Shown one piece after another: positions 10,254 to 20,418 of a DNA stretch of 64,000 nucleotides; the stretch's first letter is position 1, and each line of letters starts with the position of its first letter. The notes beneath the pieces were generated by a model that saw nothing but the letters and a program-made list of their open reading frames with translations, was not told where the DNA came from and made no database searches. The stretch covers positions 307,569-371,568 of the forward strand of contig CAVORL010000006.1 of NCBI GenBank assembly GCA_963698595.1, written 5' to 3'. The translations under genes were made by a program, and so were the position numbers. The DNA is from an uncultured Chloroflexia bacterium. Its GTDB lineage: Bacteria; Chloroflexota; Limnocylindria; Limnocylindrales; CSP1-4.

Positions 10254-10486
10254 CGTCGTGCCGGCCGTCGCGGGCCTCGGGAAGGCTCGGCCCGCCTGGC
10301 GTCTGCTTCGACCTCCAGCAGGACGGCGGCGACGGCTCGCTACCGCTCACGACCACACCATCGGCGGCCGCCACTGGTCCCATTGGGGGGCTGGCTCCGG
10401 GGTCCCGGCGCTGATTAGGTACGGCCAGAGCCGGACCTTCGCCATCGTGGCGCCCGCTGGCTCGTCCATAGCACTCCGGTTGCGGT

Positions 10487-12352
10487 TTGCGGCCGGCCGA
10501 TGGCCAGAGGCCCGGTCGGTGGCGCCACGCAGGCCGGGGGAGGCGTCGGTTGTCCCTGCTCCAGCGGCTCGAGGGCGTGCAGCAGGGTGCGAGCGCGGAG
10601 GCCGCGGGCCCGGTCGCACCCGTACCACCCTCTGCTGTTGCCAGGCGGCCCCAGGCTGGGGGCAGGGAATCCTTCCTGCAGGGCATCCGGCTGCGCCTCG
10701 TCGATCAGGTCGTGCACGCCTCCGACTCGCTGTTCGATGCAGGCCCCGGGACCGACGTCCACGCCAGGATTGCCACGATCGTCGACCGGGTGATCGATTC
10801 GGGCGACTTCGCCGTCACGCGGCCGGAGCGTCTGCGCCTGATCGAGGAGGTGGCCGCGGAGATCGAAGGGTTCGGACCGCTCGAGCCGCTCCTTCGCGAC
10901 GGGTCGATCACCGAGGTCATGGTCAACGGCCCAAACCAGATCTACATCGAGCGGCGCGGGAAGATCGAGCGCGTTGACGTCGCCTTCCTCGGCGACGAGC
11001 ACATCCTGCGGATCATCGACCGGATCATCACCCCCCTTGGGCGGCGCATCGACGTGTCGAGCCCGCGGGTGGACGCGCGCCTGCCCGACGGCTCCCGGGT
11101 CAACGCGATCATCCCGCCTCTCTCCCTCGTGGGTCCCGTCATCACGATCCGCAAGTTCTCCGCCACGCCGTACACGGTGGAGGACCTCATCGGCTTCGGG
11201 ACGGCGACGGCCGAGATGTTCGACTTCCTCAAGGCGTGCGTGGAGACGAAGCTCAACCTCTTCATCTCCGGGGGCACCGGCTCGGGCAAGACGACGACGC
11301 TCAACGTCGTGTCGTCGTTCATCCCCGAGGACGAGCGGATCATCACGATCGAGGACGCCGCCGAGCTGCAGCTCAACCAGCGGCACGTCGTCACCCTCGA
11401 GGCGCGGCCGTCGAACCTCGAGGGCCACGGCGAGATCACGATCCGGGACCTGCTGCGCAACGCCCTCCACATGCGCCCCGACCGGATCATCGTGGGGGAG
11501 TGCCGGGGTGGCGAGGCGCTCGACATGATCCAGGCCATGACGGTGGGCCAGGAGGGCTCGCTCTCGACGGGCCACGCCAACAGCCCGCCCGACATGCTGC
11601 GCCGCCTCGAGACGATGGTCCTCATGGCCGGCGTGGAGCTGCCGCTGCGCTCGATCCGCGAGCAGATCGCCTCGGCCGTCGACCTCATCGTCCACACCGC
11701 CCGCCTCAAGGACGGCTCCCGCAAGGTCGTCAACATCACCGAGGTCTACGGGATGGAGGACGACGAGATCCTCCTCCAGGACATCTTCGTCTTCGAGCAG
11801 ACCGGCGTCGTCGATGGGAAGGTGGAGGGCTTCCTCAAGCCGACCGGCGTGCGGCCGACGTTCATGGGCCGCTTCAAGGCCAGCGGCATCGAGCTGCCGG
11901 AAGGCGAGTACGGGATCCCACCCGAGGACCCCGAGCATCCCCCTCACCCCGGCAAGGGGCGCTGGGGAATCGGCGAGGTGGGCAGCGCGTCCGCGGCGTC
12001 GAGAGTGCCGGTCGGCCAGGGCCGCGTCATGCAGGCCGGGGGCATCATCTTCGTCTCGTCGATGGGACCCGTCGATCCGGAGACCGGCCAGGTCGTCCTC
12101 GGTGGGATCCGGGAGCAGACCCGCCAGTGCCTCCACAACGTCAAGGCGAAGCTCGAGGAGGCCGGGAGCTCGCTCGAGAAGGTCGCCTGGGCCAACTGGT
12201 CCCTGCGTGACCCGGCCGAGTTCGACGCCTTCAACGAGGAGTGGGTCCGCTGGTTCCCGGGTGACACGCCGGTCGGCCAGGGCACCCTGATGCCCCCGCT
12301 CCAGCGCCGGGCCGGCTTCCGCATCTCCATCGGGGTGATCGCCGGAGCATAG
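10487..12352 (+). CDS. cpaF: CpaF/TadA-type secretion ATPase with an in-frame C-terminal RidA/YjgF/TdcF-like domain
   Basis: Walker A FISGGTGSGKTTTLNV, Asp/His boxes IIVGECRGGEALDMIQAMTVGQEGSLSTGHANS and the CpaF C-terminus GRFKASGIELP. Then an acidic/Pro linker and a RidA-like fold (VPVGQGRVMQAGGIIFVSSMGPVDPETGQVV...NEEWVRWF...ISIGVIA). No stop separates the two parts. The start is a TTG and is uncertain. Confidence 0.75.
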   Translation: MRPADGQRPGRWRHAGRGRRRLSLLQRLEGVQQGASAEAAGPVAPVPPSAVARRPQAGGRESFLQGIRLRLVDQVVHASDSLFDAGPGTDVHARIATIVDRVIDSGDFAVTRPERLRLIEEVAAEIEGFGPLEPLLRDGSITEVMVNGPNQIYIERRGKIERVDVAFLGDEHILRIIDRIITPLGRRIDVSSPRVDARLPDGSRVNAIIPPLSLVGPVITIRKFSATPYTVEDLIGFGTATAEMFDFLKACVETKLNLFISGGTGSGKTTTLNVVSSFIPEDERIITIEDAAELQLNQRHVVTLEARPSNLEGHGEITIRDLLRNALHMRPDRIIVGECRGGEALDMIQAMTVGQEGSLSTGHANSPPDMLRRLETMVLMAGVELPLRSIREQIASAVDLIVHTARLKDGSRKVVNITEVYGMEDDEILLQDIFVFEQTGVVDGKVEGFLKPTGVRPTFMGRFKASGIELPEGEYGIPPEDPEHPPHPGKGRWGIGEVGSASAASRVPVGQGRVMQAGGIIFVSSMGPVDPETGQVVLGGIREQTRQCLHNVKAKLEEAGSSLEKVAWANWSLRDPAEFDAFNEEWVRWFPGDTPVGQGTLMPPLQRRAGFRISIGVIAGA

Positions 12353-12510
12353 GGGCGGTCCGTTCGGCTCCGCGTCCCCGCCGCGGTCGTCGACGTGGGC
12401 AGGCCGGCGGCGCACTCCGCCGTCGAACGCGGGGGCGCGGGGTTGACGCCCGGCAGGGCTTCGTCGTGCCGGCTCGAGGAGGGACGCGATCCTCGTACCA
12501 TGGAGGAAGC

Positions 12511-13716
12511 ATGCGTGCCCTCCGCGCCGTCTTCCTCCTCAACGGGGCAGCCCTCGGCGTCTTCTACCCGTTCATCGCCGTGATCCTCGACCAGCGGGGC
12601 GTGTCGCCGGAGGGGATCGGCCTCGTCACGGCCGCGTCCGCGGCCGCGTTCTCCGTGGCGGTGCCTCTCTGGGGCCACCTGGCCGACGTCATCCTCGGCC
12701 GACGACGTGCCCTCGCGGTCACGGCGCTCGGGGCGGCGGTCTTCGTCCTCGTCGCCGGAGCTCCGCTCCCGCTCGTGGCAGTCAGCCTGGGCTTCGTCGG
12801 GTTCAGCCTCTTCGAGAGCGCCTGGGGATCGCTCGGGGACGCGCTCGCCGTCAACGCGATCCGCGATCACGGTCGCGAATACGGCCGGATCCGGCTCCTC
12901 TCGTCGATCGGATTTGCCGTCGTCGCAACCCTCGCCGGGTTCCTCTACAACGTCACCGGCTACGGTCCGGCCTTCGTGCTCTGCGCCGGCCTGGCCGGCC
13001 TGCTCGCGGTAGCGGCGCTGTTCGCGCCGGACGTCCCGCGGGCCGACCTGGAACGAGTGGCCGGGAGGCGGACCCGGGGTGGGTCATTCGTCGTCGCGCT
13101 GCGGATCCAGCCGCGGCTGGGGCCGGTCCTCCTCTCCATCCTCCTGGTCCACGTCGGGATCATCGCTGGGTTCACGTTCCTGCCACTTCGCCTGCTCGAG
13201 CTTGGCGGCGGCCCCTCGGACGTGGCGCTCCTGGCCGGCGTCTCGGCGTTCGCCGAGATCCCGGCCATGCTCGTCGTCGGCGGCATCGCGTCCCGGGTTG
13301 GGATCCGCGGGCTCATGTCAGGCAGCATCTTCCTGTACGCCGCATGCTTCGCCGCGTGGGTGGTCCTCGACAGCCCGCTGCTCATCGTGGCGACCCGGGT
13401 CGCCACCGGGTTCGGCTTCGCGGGCCTCTGGGTCGGGAGCGTCCTGACGATGGCAGTCCTCCTCCCGCCGCGGCTCCAGGCGACCGGGCAGGGCCTCTAC
13501 CAGCTCACCGGCTTCGGCCTCGCGGCCGTGCTGGCGAACGTTGGCGGCGGGTTTCTCTACGGTGCCTTCGGGTCCGAGATCGTCTTCATCATTGCGACGG
13601 TGCTCGCTCTCGCCGGCGGCGTCTTCGCCGTCGCTGCCTTTCCGGTGGCCGGGGCCCGGGTTGCCCGGGAAGAGGACTTCGAGCGCCTGCCACCCCTCCC
13701 GGGGATGCCGGCCTGA
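12511..13716 (+). CDS. MFS transporter
   Basis: 12 predicted TM segments, with GGAGGA 6 nt upstream of the internal ATG at codon 16. Confidence 0.8.
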   Translation: MRALRAVFLLNGAALGVFYPFIAVILDQRGVSPEGIGLVTAASAAAFSVAVPLWGHLADVILGRRRALAVTALGAAVFVLVAGAPLPLVAVSLGFVGFSLFESAWGSLGDALAVNAIRDHGREYGRIRLLSSIGFAVVATLAGFLYNVTGYGPAFVLCAGLAGLLAVAALFAPDVPRADLERVAGRRTRGGSFVVALRIQPRLGPVLLSILLVHVGIIAGFTFLPLRLLELGGGPSDVALLAGVSAFAEIPAMLVVGGIASRVGIRGLMSGSIFLYAACFAAWVVLDSPLLIVATRVATGFGFAGLWVGSVLTMAVLLPPRLQATGQGLYQLTGFGLAAVLANVGGGFLYGAFGSEIVFIIATVLALAGGVFAVAAFPVAGARVAREEDFERLPPLPGMPA

Positions 13717-13786
13717 GCTCGGCCATGGCCCTGGCGCGGCGCCCCGGCGGCCGCGCGCTCAGGCCTGTTCCCGGCGGCTCGCCCGA

Positions 13787-14791
13787 CTACTTCGCGTCGA
13801 GGCCGAGCTCCGCGATCGCCTCGCGCAGGAGCGCGGCAGAGCGACGCAGGCCGGAGGCCTCCTCGGAGGAGAGCGCGAGGTGCAGCGTTCGCTCGACGCC
13901 CTCGCGACCGACGACCGTCGGCACCGACAGGTAGACGTCGTCGATGCCGTAGTAGTCCGAGATGAGCGAGCTGACGGAGAGGACCGTTGACTGGTCGCGA
14001 AGGATCGCCTCGACGATCCGCATGAGGCCCGCCGCGACGGCGTAGTAGGTGGCGCCCTTGCGCTCGATGATCTGGTAGGCGGCATCCCGCGTTGCCTCGA
14101 AGATGGCGCGCAGGCGGGCCGGGTCGTGCTCCATCCCGTTGGCCACGGCGAAGTCGGCGAGCGGCATTCCCGCGATGTTCGCGAGCGACCAGGCGGGCAC
14201 CTCCGTGTCGCCGTGCTCGCCCACGATGCTGGCGTGGACCGACCGCGGGTCGACCCCGAAGTGTTCGGCCAGGAGGGCGCGGAAGCGGGCCGTGTCGAGA
14301 ATCGTCCCCGAGCCGATGACGCGAGCGGCCGGCAGGCCGGCGATACGGTACGTGAGGTAGGCCAGGACGTCGACCGGGTTCGTGGCGACGAGAATGATCC
14401 CTTCCGGGTTGCAGCGGGCGACAGCCGGGACGATCTCCCGGAAGATCGCGGCGTTCTTGCGGGCGAGGTCCAGGCGGGTCTCGCCGGGCTTCTGGGCTGC
14501 GCCCGCCGCGATCACGGTGATCGCCGCCCCGCCGCAGTCCTCGAGCGGCCCGGCCCAGATCCGGGCCGTCCGGGCGAACGGGACGGCGTGCATGAGATCC
14601 ATCGCCTCGCCCTCGGCCTTCCTCGCGTTCGCGTCGACGAGGACGATCTCGGCGGCGATCCCCGAGAGGAGCAGGCTGAACGCGAACGTCGAGCCGACGG
14701 CGCCCGTGCCGACGATCGCGACGCGCGTGGGATGGGCCTCGGCGGGCGGCTCCGAGGAGCCCGGGACGGGATGGGCCAGCGACTCGCTCAT
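13787..14791 (-). CDS. ldh: L-lactate dehydrogenase
   Basis: Rossmann motif VAIVGTGAVGS, catalytic IVGEHGDTEV, and LDH-length C-terminus. It is only the 3'-terminal 334 codons of the 1575-aa antisense ORF, and the rest is antisense to gltB. Confidence 0.85.
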   Translation of the reverse strand: MSESLAHPVPGSSEPPAEAHPTRVAIVGTGAVGSTFAFSLLLSGIAAEIVLVDANARKAEGEAMDLMHAVPFARTARIWAGPLEDCGGAAITVIAAGAAQKPGETRLDLARKNAAIFREIVPAVARCNPEGIILVATNPVDVLAYLTYRIAGLPAARVIGSGTILDTARFRALLAEHFGVDPRSVHASIVGEHGDTEVPAWSLANIAGMPLADFAVANGMEHDPARLRAIFEATRDAAYQIIERKGATYYAVAAGLMRIVEAILRDQSTVLSVSSLISDYYGIDDVYLSVPTVVGREGVERTLHLALSSEEASGLRRSAALLREAIAELGLDAK

Positions 14792-14992
14792 GGCGCCATT
14801 GTGGCGCACTCGCCGCGTGTCCCGGATCGCCACCACAAGCTGCCCTCCGCGGCGCCGTCCCCAACCGTAACCCCGTCGCCACGCGAACCGCACTCGGCCG
14901 TGCCCTGATGCTACTGATCGGCGACGCGAACGCGGGTAGGGTTGGGTTCCCGCGATGACGGAAGCGCCACGGGACTGCACGGAGGCCGGCCG

Positions 14993-17900
14993 ATGGACCG
15001 CCCGCGATACGCCGCAGTCGCGCGCCCGCCGCTCCCGGCGGCACCCCTGTACGACCCACGCTTCGAGCACGACGCCTGCGGCGTCGGTTTCGTCGCCGAG
15101 ACGGCCCGCGGCGCCCGGTCGTCGGCGCGGATCGTGCCCCTTGCCCTCGATGCCCTCGCGGCGCTCACCCACCGTGGTGCGACCGCCGCCGACGCTCGGA
15201 CGGGCGACGGCGCGGGCCTGGCGCTGCCGGTTCACGGGGGCCTCGTCGGCGCGCTCGCGGGCGACGCCGGCGTCGCCGTCAGCGACCCGGCGCGCATCGC
15301 GATCGGCGCGGTGTTCCTCCCGGTCGACCAATCGGCAGCCGAGGCCGCGCGGCGCGCGATCGACGACGCCCTCGCGGGGGAAGGGCTCGCCGCGCTCGGA
15401 TGGCGGCGTGTGCCGGTCGACCCGACCGTGCTGGGCCCAGAAGCCGCCGCGACTGCGCCCGACATCCGCCACCTGTTCGTCGCGCGCCCGGTGGGAATGG
15501 GGCCGCTCAGCTTCGAGCGGGCGCTCCTGCTCGCGCGCCGGACGGCCGAGGCAGCGCTGGCGACGACACCTGGCCAGGAGGCGTTCCACGTGGCCTCGCT
15601 GTCGACGCGGACGCTCGTGTACAAGGGCCTGTTCGTGGGGGCCGAGCTCGGACGCTTCTATGGCGACCTCAGCGCGGGAAACCTCGGCGTCCCGTTCGCG
15701 ACGTTCCACCAGCGCTACTCGACGAACACCCACCCGTCGTGGGCCCTGGCCCAGCCGTTCCGGCTCGTAGCGCACAACGGCGAGATCAACACCCTGCGCG
15801 GCAACCGCGAGGCGATGCGGGGGCGGTCGGCACGCCTCGGCGACGGGCGCCTGGGCCGGCGCCTGAGCGAGCTTGCGGCAGGCGGCAGGCCGATCCTGGA
15901 CCCGGATGGCTCCGACTCGACCTCGCTCGACGAGACCCTTGAGCTGCTGGTCGCGGCGGGCTGGCGGGTTGATGCGGCCGTGATGGCGCTGATGCCGGAG
16001 GCGCTCGACCTGCGGGACGAGCCGGTGCCGGGACTGGCGGCTTGGCAGGCAGCGGCGATGGCGCGTGTCGAGCCGTGGGACGGCCCCGCCGCCCTCGTCT
16101 TCTCGGACGGACGTCGGGTCGGGTGCGCGCTTGACCGCAACGGCCTTCGTCCGGCCGCGTTCGAGGTCCGCCGCGACGGCCTCGTCGTGTGCGGCTCGGA
16201 GGCCGGGATGCTGCCGGTCGATGCCGGGCAGGTCATCCGCCGCGGCCGGCTGGGACCGGGCGAGCTCCTCGTGGTCGACCCCGTCGCCGGCCTGATCCAC
16301 GAGGACGCCGCTGCGAAGCGGGCGGCCATCGCCGCGGCCCCGGCGGGCGCGCCCCCGCGGCTGCTGGGGGTGGTCGTCGAGGGTGCGGAGCGAGCGTTCC
16401 CGCCCGCCCGGGCGCTCCCCGACGCAGACGCTCACCGCCGGCGCCAGGTCCTCTTCGGCCTTGACGCCGAGCAGCTCCGGATGACGCTCAGGACGATGGC
16501 CTCGACGGGCCGCGAGCCCACCTGGAGCATGGGTGACGACACACCGCTCGCGGTGATGGCGCGGCGCTCGAGACCCGTTGCGGGGTACCTCCGCCAGGCG
16601 TTCGCCCAGGTGACGAACCCGCCGATCGACCCCGAGCGCGAGCAGGTCGTGATAAATCTCGAGGTCCCGGTCGGACCGCGACCTCGCCTTCTCGATCCAG
16701 CGCGGCGCGGCTCGCCGCGCGCGATCCGACTTGCCGGCCCGATCCTGGACACTGCCGGCCGTTCCGCCGTGCTCGGCCTGGCCCGACGCGGCCCCGGCCA
16801 CACTGCGCCCTGGCGGGTCGCCTCCCTTGACGCGACCTGGCCGGTCGCCGAAGGTCCAGGTGGGCTCCGCGCGGCTCTCGACCGGCTCGCCGGCGACGCG
16901 GAGCGGGCCCGCGATCGGGGCGCCGACCTGCTCGTCCTCACGGACGACGAGGCGGGTCCCGGGCGGGCGCCCGTCCCGAGCCTGCTGGCCGCCGGGGCGG
17001 TGAACGCCGCCCTCGTCGACGCTGGCCGCCGCGATGCGTGCGACCTCCTCGTCGAGGCGGGCGACGCATTCGACGTGCACGCAGTCGCGATGCTCCTCGC
17101 GGTGGGCGCCGACGCGGTCCATCCGTGGCACGCGATCGCGACCGCCCGCGGCATCGCCGGATCGCGCGGCCAGGAGGAGCTCTCCCCGGAGGCGGCCGAG
17201 GCGGCCCTCCTCGGGGCGCTCGAGCACGGCCTGCGGAAGGTCCTGGGACGCATGGGCATCAGTGCGCTCGCGTCGTACCGGGGCGGTCAGCTCTTCGACG
17301 TGGTCGGCCTCGCGGACGAGGTCGTCGAGGGCTGCTTCCCCGCAGCCCCCCGTACGGCAGGGTCGGCAGGGTTCGAGCGCCTCGGATCGGAGGCCCTCGC
17401 CCGCCACGCCGCGGCCTACGTGGACGTGCCCGCCCCGGCTCCCGCTCCGGCACTCGTGGATCCCGGCTTCGCCCGGTTCCGCGCCAACGGCGAGCTGCAC
17501 GCCTTCTCGCCGGCGGTCGTGAAGGCGACCCAGGCCCTCGCTGCCGGCCACCCGGCCGGGATCGGCCCGGGCGCTGCGTTGGCCTCCGTGGCGATGGAGG
17601 AGGCGATCGAGGACCAGCTCGACGCGTACCGTGCCGCGGTCGCCCGGGACGAGCCGGCGATGGTCCGGGACCTCCTCGTGCTGCGCCGCTCGCGGCCCGT
17701 CCCCGTGGCCGACGTGGAGCCCGCCTCGCAGATCGTGCGCCGCTTCGTCTCGTCGGCGATGAGCCTCGGCGCGCTCTCGCCGGAAGCGCACCGGGCGCTC
17801 TCCATCGGGATGCGCCGCCTTGGCGCGGCGTCGAACTCGGGCGAGGGCGGCGAGGACCCGGCGTCCTACGAGCCGGACGCCGGCGGCGAGCTCGCCGAGT

Positions 17901-19654
17901 CGGCGATCAAGCAGGTCGCCTCCGCCCGCTTCGGCGTGACCGCCCGCTACCTGGCCCGGGCCGAGCAGCTCGAGATCAAGATGGCGCAGGGCAGCAAGCC
18001 GGGCGAGGGAGGCCAGCTCCCGGCGCAGAAGGCAACCCCCTTCATCGCGGCCCTGCGACGCGGCCAGGCGGGCATGACCTACATCAGCCCGCCGCCACAC
18101 CACGACATCTACTCGATCGAGGACCTCGCGCAGCTCATCGCGGACCTCCGGGCGATGAACCCCGCCGCCCGCATCGGGGTGAAGCTCGTGGCGTCGGCGG
18201 GTGTCGGTACGATCGCCGCAGGGGTGGCGAAGGCCCACGCCGACTACGTGCTCATCTCCGGCCATGCTGGCGGAACCGGGGCCAGCCCCCTCTCGTCGAT
18301 CAAGTCCGCCGGCCTGCCGTGGGAGCTGGGCCTTGCGGAGGCACACCAGGTCCTCGTCCGGCAGGGGCTCCGCGACCGCGTCGTCCTGCGCACGGACGGC
18401 GGGCTTCAGACCGGCCGCGATGTGGTCGTCGCGGCCCTCCTCGGTGCGGAGGAGTACGGCTTCGGCACGGCGGCGCTCGTCGCGATCGGCTGCGACATGG
18501 CCCGCCAATGCCACCTCGATACCTGTCCCACCGGGATCGCGACGCAGCGCGAGGACCTGAGGGCGAAGTTCAGTGGGACGCCGGACCAGGTCGTGGCCTT
18601 CTTCACGGCGCTCGCCGAGGATGTGCGGCGCGAGCTTGCGGCGCTCGGCTTTCGGAGCCTCGTCGAGGCTGTCGGCCGGACGGATCGCCTGGCCGCCGCC
18701 GAGGGCGGCCCCCTCGCGCTCGACGGAGTGGTCGGCGCACCCGCCTGGCGGATCCCGTCGGATCGGGCGGGCGTCGACCCGCAGCGGCTTGGGCGGCTCG
18801 CGGAGGCTCCGGCGGCAAGTCCCCTCGAAGAGCGGCTCGTCACCGCGCTCGCCCCCGCGATGGCGGCGTTGGCCGGTCCCGGGGGGGCTGACCCCGTTGT
18901 CCTGGCGGAGGCCCTCACCACGGGCGAGCGAGCCGTCGGGGCGCGGATCTCGGGCGACCTGGAGCGGGCCCGCGATCGCGCCGGACGGCCAGACGTTGGC
19001 GACCCGGCCGCCTTCCTCGTCGACCTCCGCGGCACCGGCGCGGCGGGCCAGAGCCTGGGCGCCTTCGCGACTGCGGGAGTCCGGGTCACGGTGAGCGGCG
19101 TCGCGAACGACTACGTGGCAAAGGGCCTCTCCGGCGGCACGGTCACGGTGCGCCCGCCGAGCTCAGCCGGCTTCCGGGCGGAGCGCGAGGCGATCGCCGG
19201 CAACACGTGCCTCTACGGCGCGACCGGCGGCCGGCTCCATCTCGTGGGGCGCGCCGGGATGCGCTTCGCCGTCCGGAACTCGGGGGCCACCGCGGTCGTT
19301 GAGGGGATCGGGGCCCATGGCTGCGAGTACATGACCGGCGGGATCGTCGTGGTGCTCGGCCCGACGGGACGGAACTTCGGGGCCGGGATGACCGGGGGAC
19401 GGGCCTACCTGTACGATCCGGAGGGTCGAGTCCCGTTCCGGATCAATGCCGCGAGCGTGCGGGCGACGGCCCTCTCCGCCACCCCCCCCGCAGGGGGAGC
19501 TCCCGACCAGGCGGTCGAAGAGCGCGAGGCGGAGCTCCGCGGGCTGCTGGCGGCGCACGCGGCGGAGGGGAGCGGCCTCGCTGCGACCCTCCTGGCCGGG
19601 TGGGAGACCGCGCGCGCCTCGTTCTGGCTCGTCGAGCCGTTCGCCGCGGGCTGA
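14993..19654 (+). CDS. gltB: glutamate synthase large subunit
   Basis: Ntn amidotransferase Cys in LYDPRFEHDACGVGFVA, a central FMN/Fe-S domain and a C-terminal GXGXG domain. The start is the ATG at codon 18 with GGAGG upstream. Confidence 0.9.
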   Translation: MDRPRYAAVARPPLPAAPLYDPRFEHDACGVGFVAETARGARSSARIVPLALDALAALTHRGATAADARTGDGAGLALPVHGGLVGALAGDAGVAVSDPARIAIGAVFLPVDQSAAEAARRAIDDALAGEGLAALGWRRVPVDPTVLGPEAAATAPDIRHLFVARPVGMGPLSFERALLLARRTAEAALATTPGQEAFHVASLSTRTLVYKGLFVGAELGRFYGDLSAGNLGVPFATFHQRYSTNTHPSWALAQPFRLVAHNGEINTLRGNREAMRGRSARLGDGRLGRRLSELAAGGRPILDPDGSDSTSLDETLELLVAAGWRVDAAVMALMPEALDLRDEPVPGLAAWQAAAMARVEPWDGPAALVFSDGRRVGCALDRNGLRPAAFEVRRDGLVVCGSEAGMLPVDAGQVIRRGRLGPGELLVVDPVAGLIHEDAAAKRAAIAAAPAGAPPRLLGVVVEGAERAFPPARALPDADAHRRRQVLFGLDAEQLRMTLRTMASTGREPTWSMGDDTPLAVMARRSRPVAGYLRQAFAQVTNPPIDPEREQVVINLEVPVGPRPRLLDPARRGSPRAIRLAGPILDTAGRSAVLGLARRGPGHTAPWRVASLDATWPVAEGPGGLRAALDRLAGDAERARDRGADLLVLTDDEAGPGRAPVPSLLAAGAVNAALVDAGRRDACDLLVEAGDAFDVHAVAMLLAVGADAVHPWHAIATARGIAGSRGQEELSPEAAEAALLGALEHGLRKVLGRMGISALASYRGGQLFDVVGLADEVVEGCFPAAPRTAGSAGFERLGSEALARHAAAYVDVPAPAPAPALVDPGFARFRANGELHAFSPAVVKATQALAAGHPAGIGPGAALASVAMEEAIEDQLDAYRAAVARDEPAMVRDLLVLRRSRPVPVADVEPASQIVRRFVSSAMSLGALSPEAHRALSIGMRRLGAASNSGEGGEDPASYEPDAGGELAESAIKQVASARFGVTARYLARAEQLEIKMAQGSKPGEGGQLPAQKATPFIAALRRGQAGMTYISPPPHHDIYSIEDLAQLIADLRAMNPAARIGVKLVASAGVGTIAAGVAKAHADYVLISGHAGGTGASPLSSIKSAGLPWELGLAEAHQVLVRQGLRDRVVLRTDGGLQTGRDVVVAALLGAEEYGFGTAALVAIGCDMARQCHLDTCPTGIATQREDLRAKFSGTPDQVVAFFTALAEDVRRELAALGFRSLVEAVGRTDRLAAAEGGPLALDGVVGAPAWRIPSDRAGVDPQRLGRLAEAPAASPLEERLVTALAPAMAALAGPGGADPVVLAEALTTGERAVGARISGDLERARDRAGRPDVGDPAAFLVDLRGTGAAGQSLGAFATAGVRVTVSGVANDYVAKGLSGGTVTVRPPSSAGFRAEREAIAGNTCLYGATGGRLHLVGRAGMRFAVRNSGATAVVEGIGAHGCEYMTGGIVVVLGPTGRNFGAGMTGGRAYLYDPEGRVPFRINAASVRATALSATPPAGGAPDQAVEEREAELRGLLAAHAAEGSGLAATLLAGWETARASFWLVEPFAAG

Positions 19655-19881
19655 CGGAGGCCGGCCGCCTCGTCGGACCTGGGCTGCCCGACCGCCTTCG
19701 CGGGTCGTTTGGCACTACCGCGCCGGCCGCGATGCCGCGCGCTCGCGCCGCGGACGCGTCGCTGGGCCCGGCTTGGACCCGGAGGCCCGGTCGAGTCGGG
19801 CCGGTCGGCTCTGGCCGCGGTGAGGACACACGGTGAGGATCGGGGCGCGTCCCTGCGACCTGCTGCAGCGCGAGGACTCCG

Positions 19882-20373
19882 ATGAACGGCCTGACGGACA
19901 CCGCTCACCTCAGCCACGAGCGTCTGCTTCTGCGCGTCGACGCGCTCCTCGACGTGGCCCGCGCGGTCGGAACCGTCCCCTGCGAGCAGCTGCGGGACCG
20001 GGTCGAGCAGGTCCGGCAGTTCCTGCTCGTCTCGCTCCTGCCGCACATGGACGCCACCGAGTCCGCGATCTATCCTCGCCTCGAGATGCTCCTCTCCGAT
20101 CAGGGCGCCTGCGGGCCGCTGCGGCGTGAGCATGACGATGTCCGCAGGCTCGTCGCCGAGCTGGACCGGCTGTGCTCCGCCAACCGCGCGGGCGAGTACC
20201 GGCGCGGCCCGGCCCTCGCCCTCCGTCGCGTGCTGTACCGGATTCACGCGATCGTGCGGGTCCACCTCGACGAGGAGGAGATGATGGTCGATCTGCTCGC
20301 CGGGTCGGTGGACCCCGACGAGGCCGCGGCGATCGCGACCGACATCGAGCGGGCCACTTCCATCCAGCTCTAG
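19882..20373 (+). CDS. hemerythrin-like (HHE cation-binding) domain protein
   Basis: His/Glu ligand pattern (LLPHMDATES, LRREHDDVRR, RVHLDEEE). Confidence 0.65.
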   Translation: MNGLTDTAHLSHERLLLRVDALLDVARAVGTVPCEQLRDRVEQVRQFLLVSLLPHMDATESAIYPRLEMLLSDQGACGPLRREHDDVRRLVAELDRLCSANRAGEYRRGPALALRRVLYRIHAIVRVHLDEEEMMVDLLAGSVDPDEAAAIATDIERATSIQL

Positions 20374-20418
20374 CAGCGGGTCGCTGACATCCGCGCCCGA
20401 AGGCGCGATACTCGCGCG

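Noticed and set aside
10254-10486. 233-nt non-coding gap considered for a tRNA or small RNA
   Set aside because: No T-loop-like GGTTCGAATCC motif, no cloverleaf or acceptor pairing, and no conserved riboswitch core recognised. Left as an unassigned intergenic region.
14792-18514. Upstream 1240 aa of the 1575-aa minus-strand ORF
   Set aside because: Only the last 334 codons (ldh) look like a protein. The rest is antisense to gltB and Arg-rich.
19655-19680. GAGGC-cggcc-GCCTC hairpin just after the gltB stop, as a possible terminator
   Set aside because: Short stem, no U-tract, and such GC hairpins occur by chance at this GC content. Not called.
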